Shown here in pieces: positions 34,231 through 43,549 of a stretch of 64,000 nt of DNA. Made by a program: the position numbers and the translations under genes. Source of the stretch: Acidobacteriota bacterium (GTDB lineage Bacteria; Acidobacteriota; Vicinamibacteria; Vicinamibacterales; UBA2999); the NCBI GenBank assembly GCA_021731165.1, contig JAKFXY010000012.1, positions 10,717 to 74,716 of the forward strand, given 5' to 3'. Position 1 is the stretch's first letter, and the number at the start of each line of letters is the position of its first letter. Below the pieces are notes generated by a model that was not told the DNA's origin, did not search any database, and saw nothing but the letters and a program-made list of their open reading frames with translations.

Positions 34231-34931
34231 TGCCGCATCGGAAGGCCGACCTGAAGGTCGGCCTCTACATGGCGCTCGTCATGGCGCTCGTCGTGTCGAT
34301 CGGAGGGGCAGACCTTCAGGTCGGCCTTGCCGCGCAGACGTCCGCCGGCCAGCGCCACGGGAGTCTGTTTCCGCCGCAGAACCTCGGGCTGCTCGAAGGA
34401 CCGGATCGGGACGCATGGCAGAAGCCGGATCAGATCATGGACGCGCTGGCGATCTCGGATGGGTCGAGCGTAGCCGACATCGGTGCCGGCGCCGGCTGGT
34501 TCACGATTCGACTGGCTCGGAGGGTTGGCCCAAACGGCAGCGTCTACGCCCAGGACATCCAGCGAGAAATGCTGGAGGCCACACGCCGGCGCGTAAGTCG
34601 TGAAGGGCTGCAGAACGTCCAGACGCGCCTTGGCGAAGGAACGTCCCCCAATCTTCCCGTCGGCGCACTCGATGCGGTGCTCGTGGTGGATGTCTACCCG
34701 GAGGTCGAGGACCGCGTCACCTTTCTTCGCAACCTGGCCCTGGCGCTCAAACCCAACGGCCGCATCGGTGTGGTCAACTACAAGCCCGGGCGTGGCGGGC
34801 CTGGTCCGGCCGGAAACGAAGGGGTTCGCGTCGAAGCTCCCAGCGTTGAAGCCGACGCGAAGGCCGCCGGACTGCGGGTGCTGGCCCGTGAGGCGTTGCC
34901 TTACCAATACCTACTCGTGCTGGGGCGGTAG
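34230..34931 (+). CDS. class I SAM-dependent methyltransferase with N-terminal signal/anchor
   Basis: Motif I VADIGAGAGWFT. Start is uncertain: ATG 34230 (overlaps the aspA stop), 34269 or 34281, because the 5' end is built from REP copies. Confidence 0.75.
   Translation: MPHRKADLKVGLYMALVMALVVSIGGADLQVGLAAQTSAGQRHGSLFPPQNLGLLEGPDRDAWQKPDQIMDALAISDGSSVADIGAGAGWFTIRLARRVGPNGSVYAQDIQREMLEATRRRVSREGLQNVQTRLGEGTSPNLPVGALDAVLVVDVYPEVEDRVTFLRNLALALKPNGRIGVVNYKPGRGGPGPAGNEGVRVEAPSVEADAKAAGLRVLAREALPYQYLLVLGR
34243..34264. repeat. REP-like hairpin AGGCCGACC-TGAA-GGTCGGCCT
   Basis: 9-bp perfect stem. Same family as 5676-5697 in opposite orientation, with a compensatory G/C swap in the stem. Confidence 0.75.
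34307..34327. repeat. REP-like hairpin, imperfect copy (GGCAGACC-TTCA-GGTCGGCC)
   Basis: Same loop and stem pattern with one stem mismatch. An exact 12-nt tandem duplication ATGGCGCTCGTC x2 (34269-34292) lies between the two copies. Confidence 0.6.
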
Positions 34932-34944
34932 TAGAATTCACCTG

Positions 34945-35619
34945 ATGCTGCCGTCCTCCTCTCAGTTCACGCTCATTGACGTGCTGACGTCGCGCCAGGC
35001 GACGTCCAGGCGCGCGTCTGGGCAAACGTCGGGACAAACGTCTGGACGAACACAGACGCGCCTGATACGCGCGGCATCGGTCATCTTCATGACGACCTTG
35101 ACGGCTGCAGCGGCGCAGGTCAGCGTTCCCCTGCCGTTCACGCAGGTGCCCTTCACATTCCAGCCAATGGTGGTGCTGCTCGCCGGGCTCGTCCTTGGCT
35201 CGCGCCTGGGGCTGTCTTCGCAACTGCTCTACCTGGCGGCCGGCATCGCGGGGCTGCCGGTGTTCGCCGCGTCGCTCACACTACCTCCGGGCGTCGGCCG
35301 GCTCCTGGGGCCAACCGGCGGGTATCTGATGGCGTATCCGCTTGCCGCGTACTTGACGGGGTTCCTCGCGGAGCGCGGCTTCGATCGCCGGTACGTCACG
35401 TCGGTTCTCGCCATGTGTGCCGGCCTGATCCTGATCTACCTGTTCGGAGCGACGTGGCTTGGGATGTTCGTACCCACGGCCATTGGCGCCTCCGCGATCG
35501 GCATGCGAGCCGCATTGCTCACCGGCGTTGTGCCCTTCGTCGCCGCTGATGTCCTGAAGCTCCTCATCGCCGCCGGCGTTGTCCCGTCTCTCTGGAAGCT
35601 GCTCGGAACCACCCGTTAG
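34945..35619 (+). CDS. bioY: biotin transporter BioY family
   Basis: VPFTFQPMVVLLAGLVLGSRLG and GPTGGYLMAYPLAAYLTG are typical BioY motifs. ATG is 13 nt after the methyltransferase stop. Confidence 0.85.
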   Translation: MLPSSSQFTLIDVLTSRQATSRRASGQTSGQTSGRTQTRLIRAASVIFMTTLTAAAAQVSVPLPFTQVPFTFQPMVVLLAGLVLGSRLGLSSQLLYLAAGIAGLPVFAASLTLPPGVGRLLGPTGGYLMAYPLAAYLTGFLAERGFDRRYVTSVLAMCAGLILIYLFGATWLGMFVPTAIGASAIGMRAALLTGVVPFVAADVLKLLIAAGVVPSLWKLLGTTR

Positions 35620-35743
35620 CGCGCCTTTGACTCCAGAGTAGCCACGGAGACACGGAGTAGAAGACCTAGAATTTCTCCGCGGCTCCGCGGCTCCGCGCCG
35701 CCGTAACCCGTCACAGTGAACAGTTCGACACTTCCATTCGTCC

Positions 35744-36535
35744 ATGCGCGTAGCCCTCTCCATCGCCGGCAGTGATTCGGGTGGAGGCGCGGGTATCCAG
35801 GCGGACCTGAAGACATTCGCCGCTCACGGCGTCTACGGTACGAGCGCCGTCACCGCTGTCACGGCCCAGAATAGCGTCGGCGTGACGATGGTTGAACTGC
35901 TGTCGGCCGGGCTGGTCACGGCACAGATCAAGGCGGTGGTCTCGGACTTCGGGATTCACGCCGCCAAGACCGGCATGCTCGCGAGCCGCGCGATCGTTCT
36001 GGCGGTGGGCGCCGCGGTCGAGGACCTCGAGATCCCCAGGCTGGTGGTCGATCCCGTCATGGTGGCCAAGAGCGGCGACCGGCTCGTGGACGATGAGGCG
36101 TTTCTGGCCATCAAGTCTGACCTGCTGCGCCGAGCGTTCGTTGTGACGCCCAACGTCCCCGAGGCTGAGGCGTTGTCAGGGCTCCGAATCCTGGGCGATG
36201 ACGATCGCCGCGAGGCCGCGCGACGCATCATGGCGCTCGGCCCGTCAGCGGTCATCCTGAAGGGCGGCCATCTGCCATCCCATCAGATCGTTGACTTGCT
36301 CTACGACGGGCACTTGTTCCAGGAGTTCACCACCGAGCGCGTGGCCGGGCCACACACCCATGGGACCGGGTGCACCTTCTCCGCGGCGCTTGCGGCCCAT
36401 CTCGCACTCGGCCGCACGCTCGCCGACGCGATTCCCCTGGTGCAGCAATATGTGGCCGGTGCCATCCGGCGGGCACCCGGTCTCGGTCAGGGGCACGGAC
36501 CCATGGATCACTTCTGGCGCGGTGAGCTTTCGTAG
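35744..36535 (+). CDS. thiD: hydroxymethylpyrimidine/phosphomethylpyrimidine kinase
   Basis: SIAGSDSGGGAGIQADLKTF and HTHGTGCTFSAA motifs. Confidence 0.9.
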   Translation: MRVALSIAGSDSGGGAGIQADLKTFAAHGVYGTSAVTAVTAQNSVGVTMVELLSAGLVTAQIKAVVSDFGIHAAKTGMLASRAIVLAVGAAVEDLEIPRLVVDPVMVAKSGDRLVDDEAFLAIKSDLLRRAFVVTPNVPEAEALSGLRILGDDDRREAARRIMALGPSAVILKGGHLPSHQIVDLLYDGHLFQEFTTERVAGPHTHGTGCTFSAALAAHLALGRTLADAIPLVQQYVAGAIRRAPGLGQGHGPMDHFWRGELS

Positions 36536-36605
36536 GGCGCGGCTTGACGCCGCTTCAGGCGGGCCGTAGAGGCCCACCCTACGCGCCCCGCGTTACACTG
36601 GACAC

Positions 36606-37115
36606 ATGGTTCCGCTCGTTGCGGTTGGCAGTGCCCCGCTCGATCTCGCCGCGCTGACCACCGCGGTGCTGACGGGCTCGGTGCCGGCTGATGCCGCGGC
36701 GGCGCAGGGAACCGGAGACGGCGCCATTGCGTCGTTTGCCGGCCTCGTCCGCGACCATAATCTGGGCCGACGAGTCCGTTTTCTCGAATACGAAGCGTAC
36801 GAGCCGCTCGCGATCAGGGCCATGGAACGCATTGTCGAGGAAGCGCGGGCCGCGTGGCCATCGGCGCGCATCGGCCTGCACCACCGCACCGGCCGGCTGG
36901 AGATTGGCGAAGCCAGCATCATCATCGTGGCGGCGTCGGCGCACCGCGGCGATGCCTTCGCCGCCTGCCGCTACGCCATCGAGCGGGTCAAGCAGATTGT
37001 GCCGATCTGGAAGCGCGAGCACTTCGAAGGCGGGGACGTCTGGCTCGAAGGAGCCGTTGCGGATCCCGACGACACCGCCGCGCGACAGAAGGCGTACAAA
37101 ATCGCATGCGCGTAA
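36606..37115 (+). CDS. moaE: molybdopterin synthase catalytic subunit
   Basis: FAGLVRDHN...LEYEAYEPLA...IIIVAASAHRGDAF...IVPIWKREHF. Confidence 0.85.
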   Translation: MVPLVAVGSAPLDLAALTTAVLTGSVPADAAAAQGTGDGAIASFAGLVRDHNLGRRVRFLEYEAYEPLAIRAMERIVEEARAAWPSARIGLHHRTGRLEIGEASIIIVAASAHRGDAFAACRYAIERVKQIVPIWKREHFEGGDVWLEGAVADPDDTAARQKAYKIACA

Positions 37116-37351
37116 CCGTGCGGTTCTTTGCGAGGCTGCGCGATCTTGCCGGCACGGGTGAGCTGGTTCGGGACGTAGCCGGCCCCGCGACCGTCCAAAC
37201 AGTGTGGACGTCGCTCGTGTCGGAGATGCCATCGCTCGGCGAGTATGAAAAGGCGATGTCGGTGGCGGTGAACGCAGAGTACGCGCGGATGGCCGCCCCG
37301 CTGCGGGAGGGTGATGAAGTGGCCTTCCTGCCGCCGGTATCCGGCGGGTGA
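37106..37351 (+). CDS. moaD: molybdopterin synthase sulfur-carrier subunit (MoaD/ThiS fold)
   Basis: 81 aa, MRVTVRFFARLRDLAG..., C-terminal PPVSGG. Overlaps moaE by 10 nt. Confidence 0.85.
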   Translation: MRVTVRFFARLRDLAGTGELVRDVAGPATVQTVWTSLVSEMPSLGEYEKAMSVAVNAEYARMAAPLREGDEVAFLPPVSGG

Positions 37352-37466
37352 CCGAGCGCGGCAACCCGTAGAGGGCCGTCCACACTCAGCACCGTAGGGT
37401 GTCCCGGAAGGGTCGTCCAACACCTCAATGACCGTAGCGCAGCCCATCGCGGGCCGCCGGAGACAT

Positions 37467-38540
37467 ATGCTCGACAAACTCACAGCCGTGGAATCGCAAT
37501 ACGAGGAGCTCATGGGACGCCTCGGCACGTCCGAGGTCCAATCGGAGCCGGCCGAGTACAAGAAGGCCGCCAAGACCCTTTCCGATATCGAGCCGCTCGT
37601 ACAGAAGTTCCGCGAGTACAAGCAGGTCCAGAAGGATGTCGACGGCGCCGAGGAGCTGGTTCGCGGGAGTGACGCGGAGATGCGTGCGCTCGCGGAAGAA
37701 GAATTGAAGGAGCTCCTCGCGCGACGCGAGTCGCTGATGGCCGAGCTGCGCATCCTGCTCATCCCGAAGGATCCAAACGACGAGCGCAACGTCATTCTGG
37801 AAATCCGCGCGGGTACGGGGGGTGACGAGGCCGCGCTCTTCGCCGCGGATCTCTTCCGGATGTATTCCCGGTATGCCGAACGGCAGGGGTGGAAGCTCGA
37901 GGTGATGTCGACAAGTGACAGCAGTGGCGGCGGCATCAAGGAAGCTGTCGCCTCCATCGTAGGACGAGGCGCGTATAGCCGGCTCAAGTACGAGAGCGGG
38001 GTGCATCGTGTTCAGCGCGTACCCACGACAGAGGCGAGCGGGCGCATCCACACGTCAACGGCCACGGTCGCCGTGCTGCCGGAAGCCGAGGAGGTGGACG
38101 TCCAAATCAACGAGAAGGATCTGCGCATCGACACGTTCTGCTCGAGCGGGCCTGGCGGCCAGAGCGTCAACACGACCTACTCGGCGGTACGGCTGACGCA
38201 CATCCCGACTGGCGTGGTCGTCTCACAGCAGGACGAGAAATCGCAGATCAAGAACCGCACGAAGGCGATGAAGGTCTTGCGCGCGCGCCTGTACGAGATG
38301 GAGATGCAGAAGCAGCAGGATGCCATCGCGAAGGAGCGGCGTGGGCAGGTCGGCACCGGCGAGCGATCCGAGAAGATTCGCACCTACAACTTTCCCCAGA
38401 GCCGGATCACCGACCATCGCATCAACTTCACGACCCACCAGCTCCACGACGTCCTCGAAGGGCACCCGGACGAGCTCCTCGACCAGGTCATCAGCCACTA
38501 CAACGCCGAGAAGCTCAGGGAAGCGACCAGCGTCAGTTGA
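37467..38540 (+). CDS. prfA: peptide chain release factor 1
   Basis: GGQ motif ([12 protein letters not shown]), PxT-type tripeptide ([14 protein letters not shown]). Start at [15 protein letters not shown]. Confidence 0.9.
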   Translation: MLDKLTAVESQYEELMGRLGTSEVQSEPAEYKKAAKTLSDIEPLVQKFREYKQVQKDVDGAEELVRGSDAEMRALAEEELKELLARRESLMAELRILLIPKDPNDERNVILEIRAGTGGDEAALFAADLFRMYSRYAERQGWKLEVMSTSDSSGGGIKEAVASIVGRGAYSRLKYESGVHRVQRVPTTEASGRIHTSTATVAVLPEAEEVDVQINEKDLRIDTFCSSGPGGQSVNTTYSAVRLTHIPTGVVVSQQDEKSQIKNRTKAMKVLRARLYEMEMQKQQDAIAKERRGQVGTGERSEKIRTYNFPQSRITDHRINFTTHQLHDVLEGHPDELLDQVISHYNAEKLREATSVS

Positions 38541-39385
38541 GGCTCCACGAGAGGCTGAGCCTGGCACGCGCGGGACTCGTCGAGGCGGGCCTCACCACGG
38601 CCGATGCCGCGATCGACGTGGACTTTCTTGCGCGGACCATTCTTGGCTGGGATCGCGCCAGAATGATTACCGAGCAGGCGACCGAAGTTCCGCCGGGGCT
38701 CGAACCGCGCCTGTCAGAGTGGCTCGAGCGTCGGGCGCGCCGCGAACCATCCGCCTACATCGCCGGATTCCGTGAGTTCTGGGGCCTCGAAATGACGGTC
38801 ACGGCTGCGGTGCTGATCCCCCGTCCAGAAACCGAGTTCATCGTCGAGGAGGCACTCCCCCTGTTGAAGGCCATGGCGGCCCCACGCATCGCCGACATCG
38901 GCACCGGCAGCGGCTGTCTTGCCGTCTCGCTCGCACACGAGGTCGCACCAGCGCACGTTGTCGCCACCGACATTTCGGAGGTTGCGCTGGCCGTGGCCCG
39001 CCTGAATGCGGCCAAACACGGAGTGGCCGATCGCGTCGCATGCGTCCGCACGTCCTACCTCGACGGCATCGACGGGCCGTTCGACCTGGTGGTCGCGAAT
39101 CCCCCTTACGTGAAAACGGGCGACAAGCCGGCGCTCGCGCGCGACGTCCTCCACGAGCCTGACTTGGCGCTCTTTGGCGGAGCCGACGGGCTGCGCGACG
39201 TCGGCGGCGTGCTTGGTGCGGCCGAACGCGTGCTCGTCCCCGGCGGCTGGCTCCTGATGGAGTTTGGCTATGGGCAGGAAGAGGGGGTGCGGCAGCTCGT
39301 GGGCATGCACCCCGCGCTCAGTCTCGTCCGGATCCGCGAGGATCTACAGGGTATCGCCCGAACCGCTATCATGCGGCGAATCTAG
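38537..39385 (+). CDS. prmC: release-factor glutamine N5-methyltransferase
   Basis: VANPPYV (NPPY) and [13 protein letters not shown] motif. The TTG start overlaps the prfA stop. Confidence 0.9.
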   Translation: MRLHERLSLARAGLVEAGLTTADAAIDVDFLARTILGWDRARMITEQATEVPPGLEPRLSEWLERRARREPSAYIAGFREFWGLEMTVTAAVLIPRPETEFIVEEALPLLKAMAAPRIADIGTGSGCLAVSLAHEVAPAHVVATDISEVALAVARLNAAKHGVADRVACVRTSYLDGIDGPFDLVVANPPYVKTGDKPALARDVLHEPDLALFGGADGLRDVGGVLGAAERVLVPGGWLLMEFGYGQEEGVRQLVGMHPALSLVRIREDLQGIARTAIMRRI

Positions 39386-39393
39386 AATCACCA

Positions 39394-39741
39394 ATGACCG
39401 CCGACTGTCTCTTTTGCAAGATGATCGCTGGCGAGATCCAGGTGCCCTTCGCGCACCAGGACGAGCAGCTCGTCGTCTTGAAGGATATCAATCCGCAGGC
39501 GCCGCTCCACCTGCTGATCATTCCCCGCCGGCACATCGCGACCCTCAACGACCTGACGCCCGAAGACGACGGCCTGGTCGGTTCGCTGTTCAGGGCCGCC
39601 GCCACGCTCGCGAAGCAGCACGGCTACGACGAGCGCGGGTATCGCACCGTCTTCAACGTCAACCGGGAGGCCGGCCAGTCGGTGTTTCACATTCACTTGC
39701 ATCTGCTGGCCGGCCGCGGCATGGGCTGGCCGCCGGGCTGA
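39394..39741 (+). CDS. HIT family (histidine triad) protein
   Basis: CLFCKMIAGE and HIHLHLL motifs. Confidence 0.9.
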   Translation: MTADCLFCKMIAGEIQVPFAHQDEQLVVLKDINPQAPLHLLIIPRRHIATLNDLTPEDDGLVGSLFRAAATLAKQHGYDERGYRTVFNVNREAGQSVFHIHLHLLAGRGMGWPPG

Positions 39742-39850
39742 CGAAGACCACCTTCGCGGCACTCATCGGAGTCATGCCGGTTGCGGCATCGCATGCGTCA
39801 GGCGGTTCGCACTCCGGGCCGTCCGAGCGATTCACGCCAGGCGACACACC

Positions 39851-41431
39851 CTACGGTTTGAGCGACGATCGCGCACCGGGCGTAGCAGAAAACAGATCCG
39901 GCATGCTGCATCGAAGATTCGCCTCGGAGACCGAATTCAAGAAGAAGAGGCGGCGGGGCAGGAGGACTTCAACCCAACTAGTCGCCCGCAGGTGCTCAAG
40001 CTCGTTGAAACTGAATCGCGATTCCACTCCTGCATGCAGGCGGCCGATCTCGCCGTCTCGATAGGCCTCGACATCGGAATCGACAACACCGAGGCGGCGC
40101 GACCTCCGCCACTTTTCCTTCAGCGACAGGGCAGGTATGCCAATCCTCTCGCCGCCAGGCGCCGTCACCAGCAGGAGATCGCGGTAGAAGAACGAGTTGA
40201 GAAAGTGGCTTCGAGCGATCCAGTGATTCGGCGCGCAGCTTTCCACCGTCACTCCCGAAAACATCGTGAACGCCGGCGTGTTCTTCCAACCTGCATAGAG
40301 GGCGAGTTCTGAACACGCAAGAAACAATGGCAACGCGTAGCTGATACCCGCTCGCGCGGGACTGATGTGAGCCACGATCCGTGATCGATGGCGATACACA
40401 GCCATGAGTACGCACGCCAACACGGTCGTATTCAGAACAAACCACACGACCTGCAGAATCGTGAGCGCGTTGCCGATGGTCGGGCGTGCTGCGGGGCCAA
40501 ACAGCCATGGCCGATCCGCGAGCGAAAATCCCCGTGCGTGATCGATGATGAACAAGCCGCCGATCAGAATCGCGAAGACGATCCGCCATGTTGCCCCCTT
40601 CGCGATGCGAGACAAAGAATCGGCGCGATTGAGGCGGTCGAGCGGCTCAAGGAGCAATGGAACGGCCACAAGCGGCATCACCGCCGCGAGGATGATGGCT
40701 CCGAACCCGTACACCGTCGAACCGACGAACGCGGTGAATCCGATACACAGGAGAACCCCGACCCAGCGTGTCCGCTTGAACAGTAACGTGCACGCGATCG
40801 CGCCCTCCCCACCTATGGTGACAAGCCAGCACATGACATCGGGGACGCGCCACATCGGCAGGAACGGGACATAGTAGCGGCTGACAAGAGCAAAGAAATC
40901 GGAGGTTGCCGCGATCGCCGATCCGGTGAGCTTATGGAACGCACCAAAGAAGAAGAGTCCGACCAGCAGTCCGAGGATCGGCTTCCGTAGCGCGTCGATG
41001 AACGCTGCGGAAGACAGGTGGAGCGTCCGCTGTCGGACAACAAGGTAAGCCGCCGTAAACGCGATCTGCGCTGACACCAGGGCATGGAAATAGATCGATG
41101 GCGTCGCCACGGGCAGACGCCACCAGAAATCGTACAGACCCGTCATCGCCAGCAGCACCACGCTCCACACGCGTGTAGGAAACGCCAGCGTGAGTAGCGC
41201 GCAGCAGAACCACACCAGTGGAACAACCCCGTCGCCGAGGGTGTATCCGTTCGGCGTGTTTCGAAACCCCGGAAACACACCCATGTCGCCCCTGGCGAGC
41301 TGGAAGACGACAGCGAGTGCGAGAAACCAGGCAAAGAACGAGAAGTCCACCCCGGGACGATCGGGGAGATAGGGTTTCTCCGACGCATCCATGGGTCTTG
41401 CTCCAGCCATGACGTTCTTGCGAGTCATCAC
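39851..41431 (-). CDS. large polytopic membrane protein with soluble C-terminal domain, unknown function
   Basis: 526 aa with about 12 hydrophobic helices. G+C is visibly lower than in neighbouring genes. No motif recognised. Confidence 0.55.
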   Translation of the reverse strand: MMTRKNVMAGARPMDASEKPYLPDRPGVDFSFFAWFLALAVVFQLARGDMGVFPGFRNTPNGYTLGDGVVPLVWFCCALLTLAFPTRVWSVVLLAMTGLYDFWWRLPVATPSIYFHALVSAQIAFTAAYLVVRQRTLHLSSAAFIDALRKPILGLLVGLFFFGAFHKLTGSAIAATSDFFALVSRYYVPFLPMWRVPDVMCWLVTIGGEGAIACTLLFKRTRWVGVLLCIGFTAFVGSTVYGFGAIILAAVMPLVAVPLLLEPLDRLNRADSLSRIAKGATWRIVFAILIGGLFIIDHARGFSLADRPWLFGPAARPTIGNALTILQVVWFVLNTTVLACVLMAVYRHRSRIVAHISPARAGISYALPLFLACSELALYAGWKNTPAFTMFSGVTVESCAPNHWIARSHFLNSFFYRDLLLVTAPGGERIGIPALSLKEKWRRSRRLGVVDSDVEAYRDGEIGRLHAGVESRFSFNELEHLRATSWVEVLLPRRLFFLNSVSEANLRCSMPDLFSATPGARSSLKP

Positions 41432-41492
41432 TCAGCGTGAGCGCCGGCGATGGCTCGGGATCGACCGGGACTACGACACGGCCATGTCAGAT

Positions 41493-42260
41493 TCACAAAT
41501 ACGCCGTTAACTCCGACAGATCCCGGATGACCGGCACCTCCGCGGTATCGGCGCGTAAGGGCGTTTCCGTGGATCGCTGCACCAGCACGCCACGCATCCC
41601 GGCCCGCCGGGCACCCTCGATGTCATGCGCCAGGCTGTCGCCCACCATCAGCGACTCTTCGGCCCGCACGTCGAGCAGCGTGAGCGCCGCGTCGAAGATG
41701 CTGCGGTGCGGCTTCAGGTAGCCGTGCTCGTGCGAGGAGACGGCGCCGGCAATCAGCCCGCGCAGATCGAAGTGCTGCTCGAACGACGCGAGGCTCCGGT
41801 GCGAGTTGGAAATCAGCCCGACCTTCACATCCCGCGCGACCAGCTCCCTCAACATGGGCGTCACGTCGTCGTAGAGAAAGAAATGCTGGCAAGCCGCCCA
41901 CTCGTCGTACATCACGCGAGCACAGTCCCCGACGCGAGGTCCGGCACCGCCCATCTCTTCGATGATACGGCCGGTATAGCGCACGAAGATCTCCGCGTCG
42001 TAGACGTGCTCCTGTTCGTCGTTCAGGATGGACGAAGCGGCACGGACGGCCTCGGCGAACCGACCAGGATCAACCTCGATGCCGTGCTGAGCGCAGAAGC
42101 GTGCGTAGCCCTCGCCTTGGAAGGTGGGGCCCGGATAGATCAGCGTGAAGTCGACGTCGAAGAAGACGGCCCTGACCGCGCGCGCCTCGACCGGCAGGCC
42201 CGACACCCTGCGCCCTCGGACACCTGAGGGCATCCGCCCGCCGTGGCTGTCTGAGCTCAC
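41493..42260 (-). CDS. HAD superfamily hydrolase
   Basis: Motif I FFDVDFTL and motif IV MVGDSLAHDIEGARRAGM. The GTG start overlaps the upstream stop (GTGA). Confidence 0.8.
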   Translation of the reverse strand: MSSDSHGGRMPSGVRGRRVSGLPVEARAVRAVFFDVDFTLIYPGPTFQGEGYARFCAQHGIEVDPGRFAEAVRAASSILNDEQEHVYDAEIFVRYTGRIIEEMGGAGPRVGDCARVMYDEWAACQHFFLYDDVTPMLRELVARDVKVGLISNSHRSLASFEQHFDLRGLIAGAVSSHEHGYLKPHRSIFDAALTLLDVRAEESLMVGDSLAHDIEGARRAGMRGVLVQRSTETPLRADTAEVPVIRDLSELTAYL

Positions 42261-43549
42261 GTCCGCGTGCCGGCGTGTTGCCCGGAATAGGGCCCGGCGA
42301 CGACGACCGCCGCCCGCGCCGGGTCGAGCACACGTCTCGCCGCATCGTGCACGTCGCCAAGCGAGACCGCCTGCAGCAGCCCTGGCAGGCGCAGATCGTG
42401 GTCGAGACCGAGGCCGAAGAACTCCGCCGTCTGCAGGAAGTTGGCAATTCCGAGGTTGGTCTCGAGATTCCTGGGCATCGAACCAATCAGGTACTGGCGC
42501 GATTCATCGAGCTCCTTCTCGGTCGGCCCCTCGCGCATCATGTTCGTCAGCTCCTCGTCAATCGACCGAATGGCGCGATCGACGTTCGCGGGGCTGACGC
42601 CCGCCCGGACAATCAGGGGGCCCGGCACGACGTTGGCGTCGAGCGAACTGAATACGTAGTACGCCATCCCCTGCTTCTCTCGAATGCGATCGCCCAGCCG
42701 CCCGCCGATCGAGTACTGCCCGAGGACGTTGTTCATCAACATGTATGCGTAGTACGCGGGATCGGCACGAAGAATGGACGTGAACCCGTACGCGATGTCC
42801 GCCTGTGCCTTGTTCATCATCGGGATGACGCGAGCCCGCCGGTTGGTGGCGGCCGGTACGGACGGAAATACGGGCGGCTCCGGCATCGCCGGAGGGGCCG
42901 CGCCGAAGACCGCCGTGGCGGCATCGATGGCCCGTGCCGGCTCGACGTCGCCCACCATCGCCAGCGACAACCCGGCGGACTTGAAGCGGGCGGCATGGAA
43001 AGCGGACAACGCCGCGCGGTCGGTGGCCTCGACGCTTGCGAATGTACCACGGGGAGGGCGCCCGTATGGATGACCCTCACCGTACAGCATCGCCATCAGG
43101 GCTTCGTTCGCCATGGCGGCAGGGCTGTCTTCGTCCTGCCGGATGAGCGTCACGATTTCTCCGCGCCGTGTAGCGACGTCCGCATCGGGAAACACCGGAT
43201 TCATCGCGACATCACCGAGCAACCGGAGCATTGGTTCCAGGTCTTCGACAAGACAGGTGCAAACAATCGAGAGGACGTGCCGGTTGATGGTGACCGCCAG
43301 CGACACGCCGCGGTTGTCGAGGTCGTCCGCAATCTGGTCAGCGGAGCGGGTCCGCGTGCCGCGGTCGATCGTGCGCGATACGAAGTGCGCCACTCCGCCG
43401 AGCGCCGGCGGGTCAAAGGCGCTGCCGGCGCTGAATTGCGCGTGCAGCGTGACGGCTGGAGTCACGCGGGATTCTTTGGCGAGAATGACGGTGCCATTCG
43501 ACAGTTGCGAGCGAGAGGGATTCAGCCCACGGCGTCCGGGGCCTGTCAT
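42257..43549 (-). CDS. M16 family peptidase, non-catalytic partner (second pair)
   Basis: M16 fold sequence, but the HxxEH position is degenerate (AHFVSR). The ATG at 43549 overlaps the upstream stop (ATGA). The ORF track starts at 43567. Confidence 0.8.
   Translation of the reverse strand: MTGPGRRGLNPSRSQLSNGTVILAKESRVTPAVTLHAQFSAGSAFDPPALGGVAHFVSRTIDRGTRTRSADQIADDLDNRGVSLAVTINRHVLSIVCTCLVEDLEPMLRLLGDVAMNPVFPDADVATRRGEIVTLIRQDEDSPAAMANEALMAMLYGEGHPYGRPPRGTFASVEATDRAALSAFHAARFKSAGLSLAMVGDVEPARAIDAATAVFGAAPPAMPEPPVFPSVPAATNRRARVIPMMNKAQADIAYGFTSILRADPAYYAYMLMNNVLGQYSIGGRLGDRIREKQGMAYYVFSSLDANVVPGPLIVRAGVSPANVDRAIRSIDEELTNMMREGPTEKELDESRQYLIGSMPRNLETNLGIANFLQTAEFFGLGLDHDLRLPGLLQAVSLGDVHDAARRVLDPARAAVVVAGPYSGQHAGTRT

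Noticed and set aside
35620-35743. TPP riboswitch upstream of thiD
   Set aside because: The conserved CUGAGA and ACCUGAUCUGGAUAAUGCCAGCG-type elements are absent. Only a short direct repeat (CCGCGGCTCCGCGGCTCCGCG) is present.
37467-38540. Programmed +1 frameshift of a release-factor gene
   Set aside because: The gene is RF1 (PxT-type, uninterrupted frame). The known autoregulatory frameshift belongs to RF2 (prfB).
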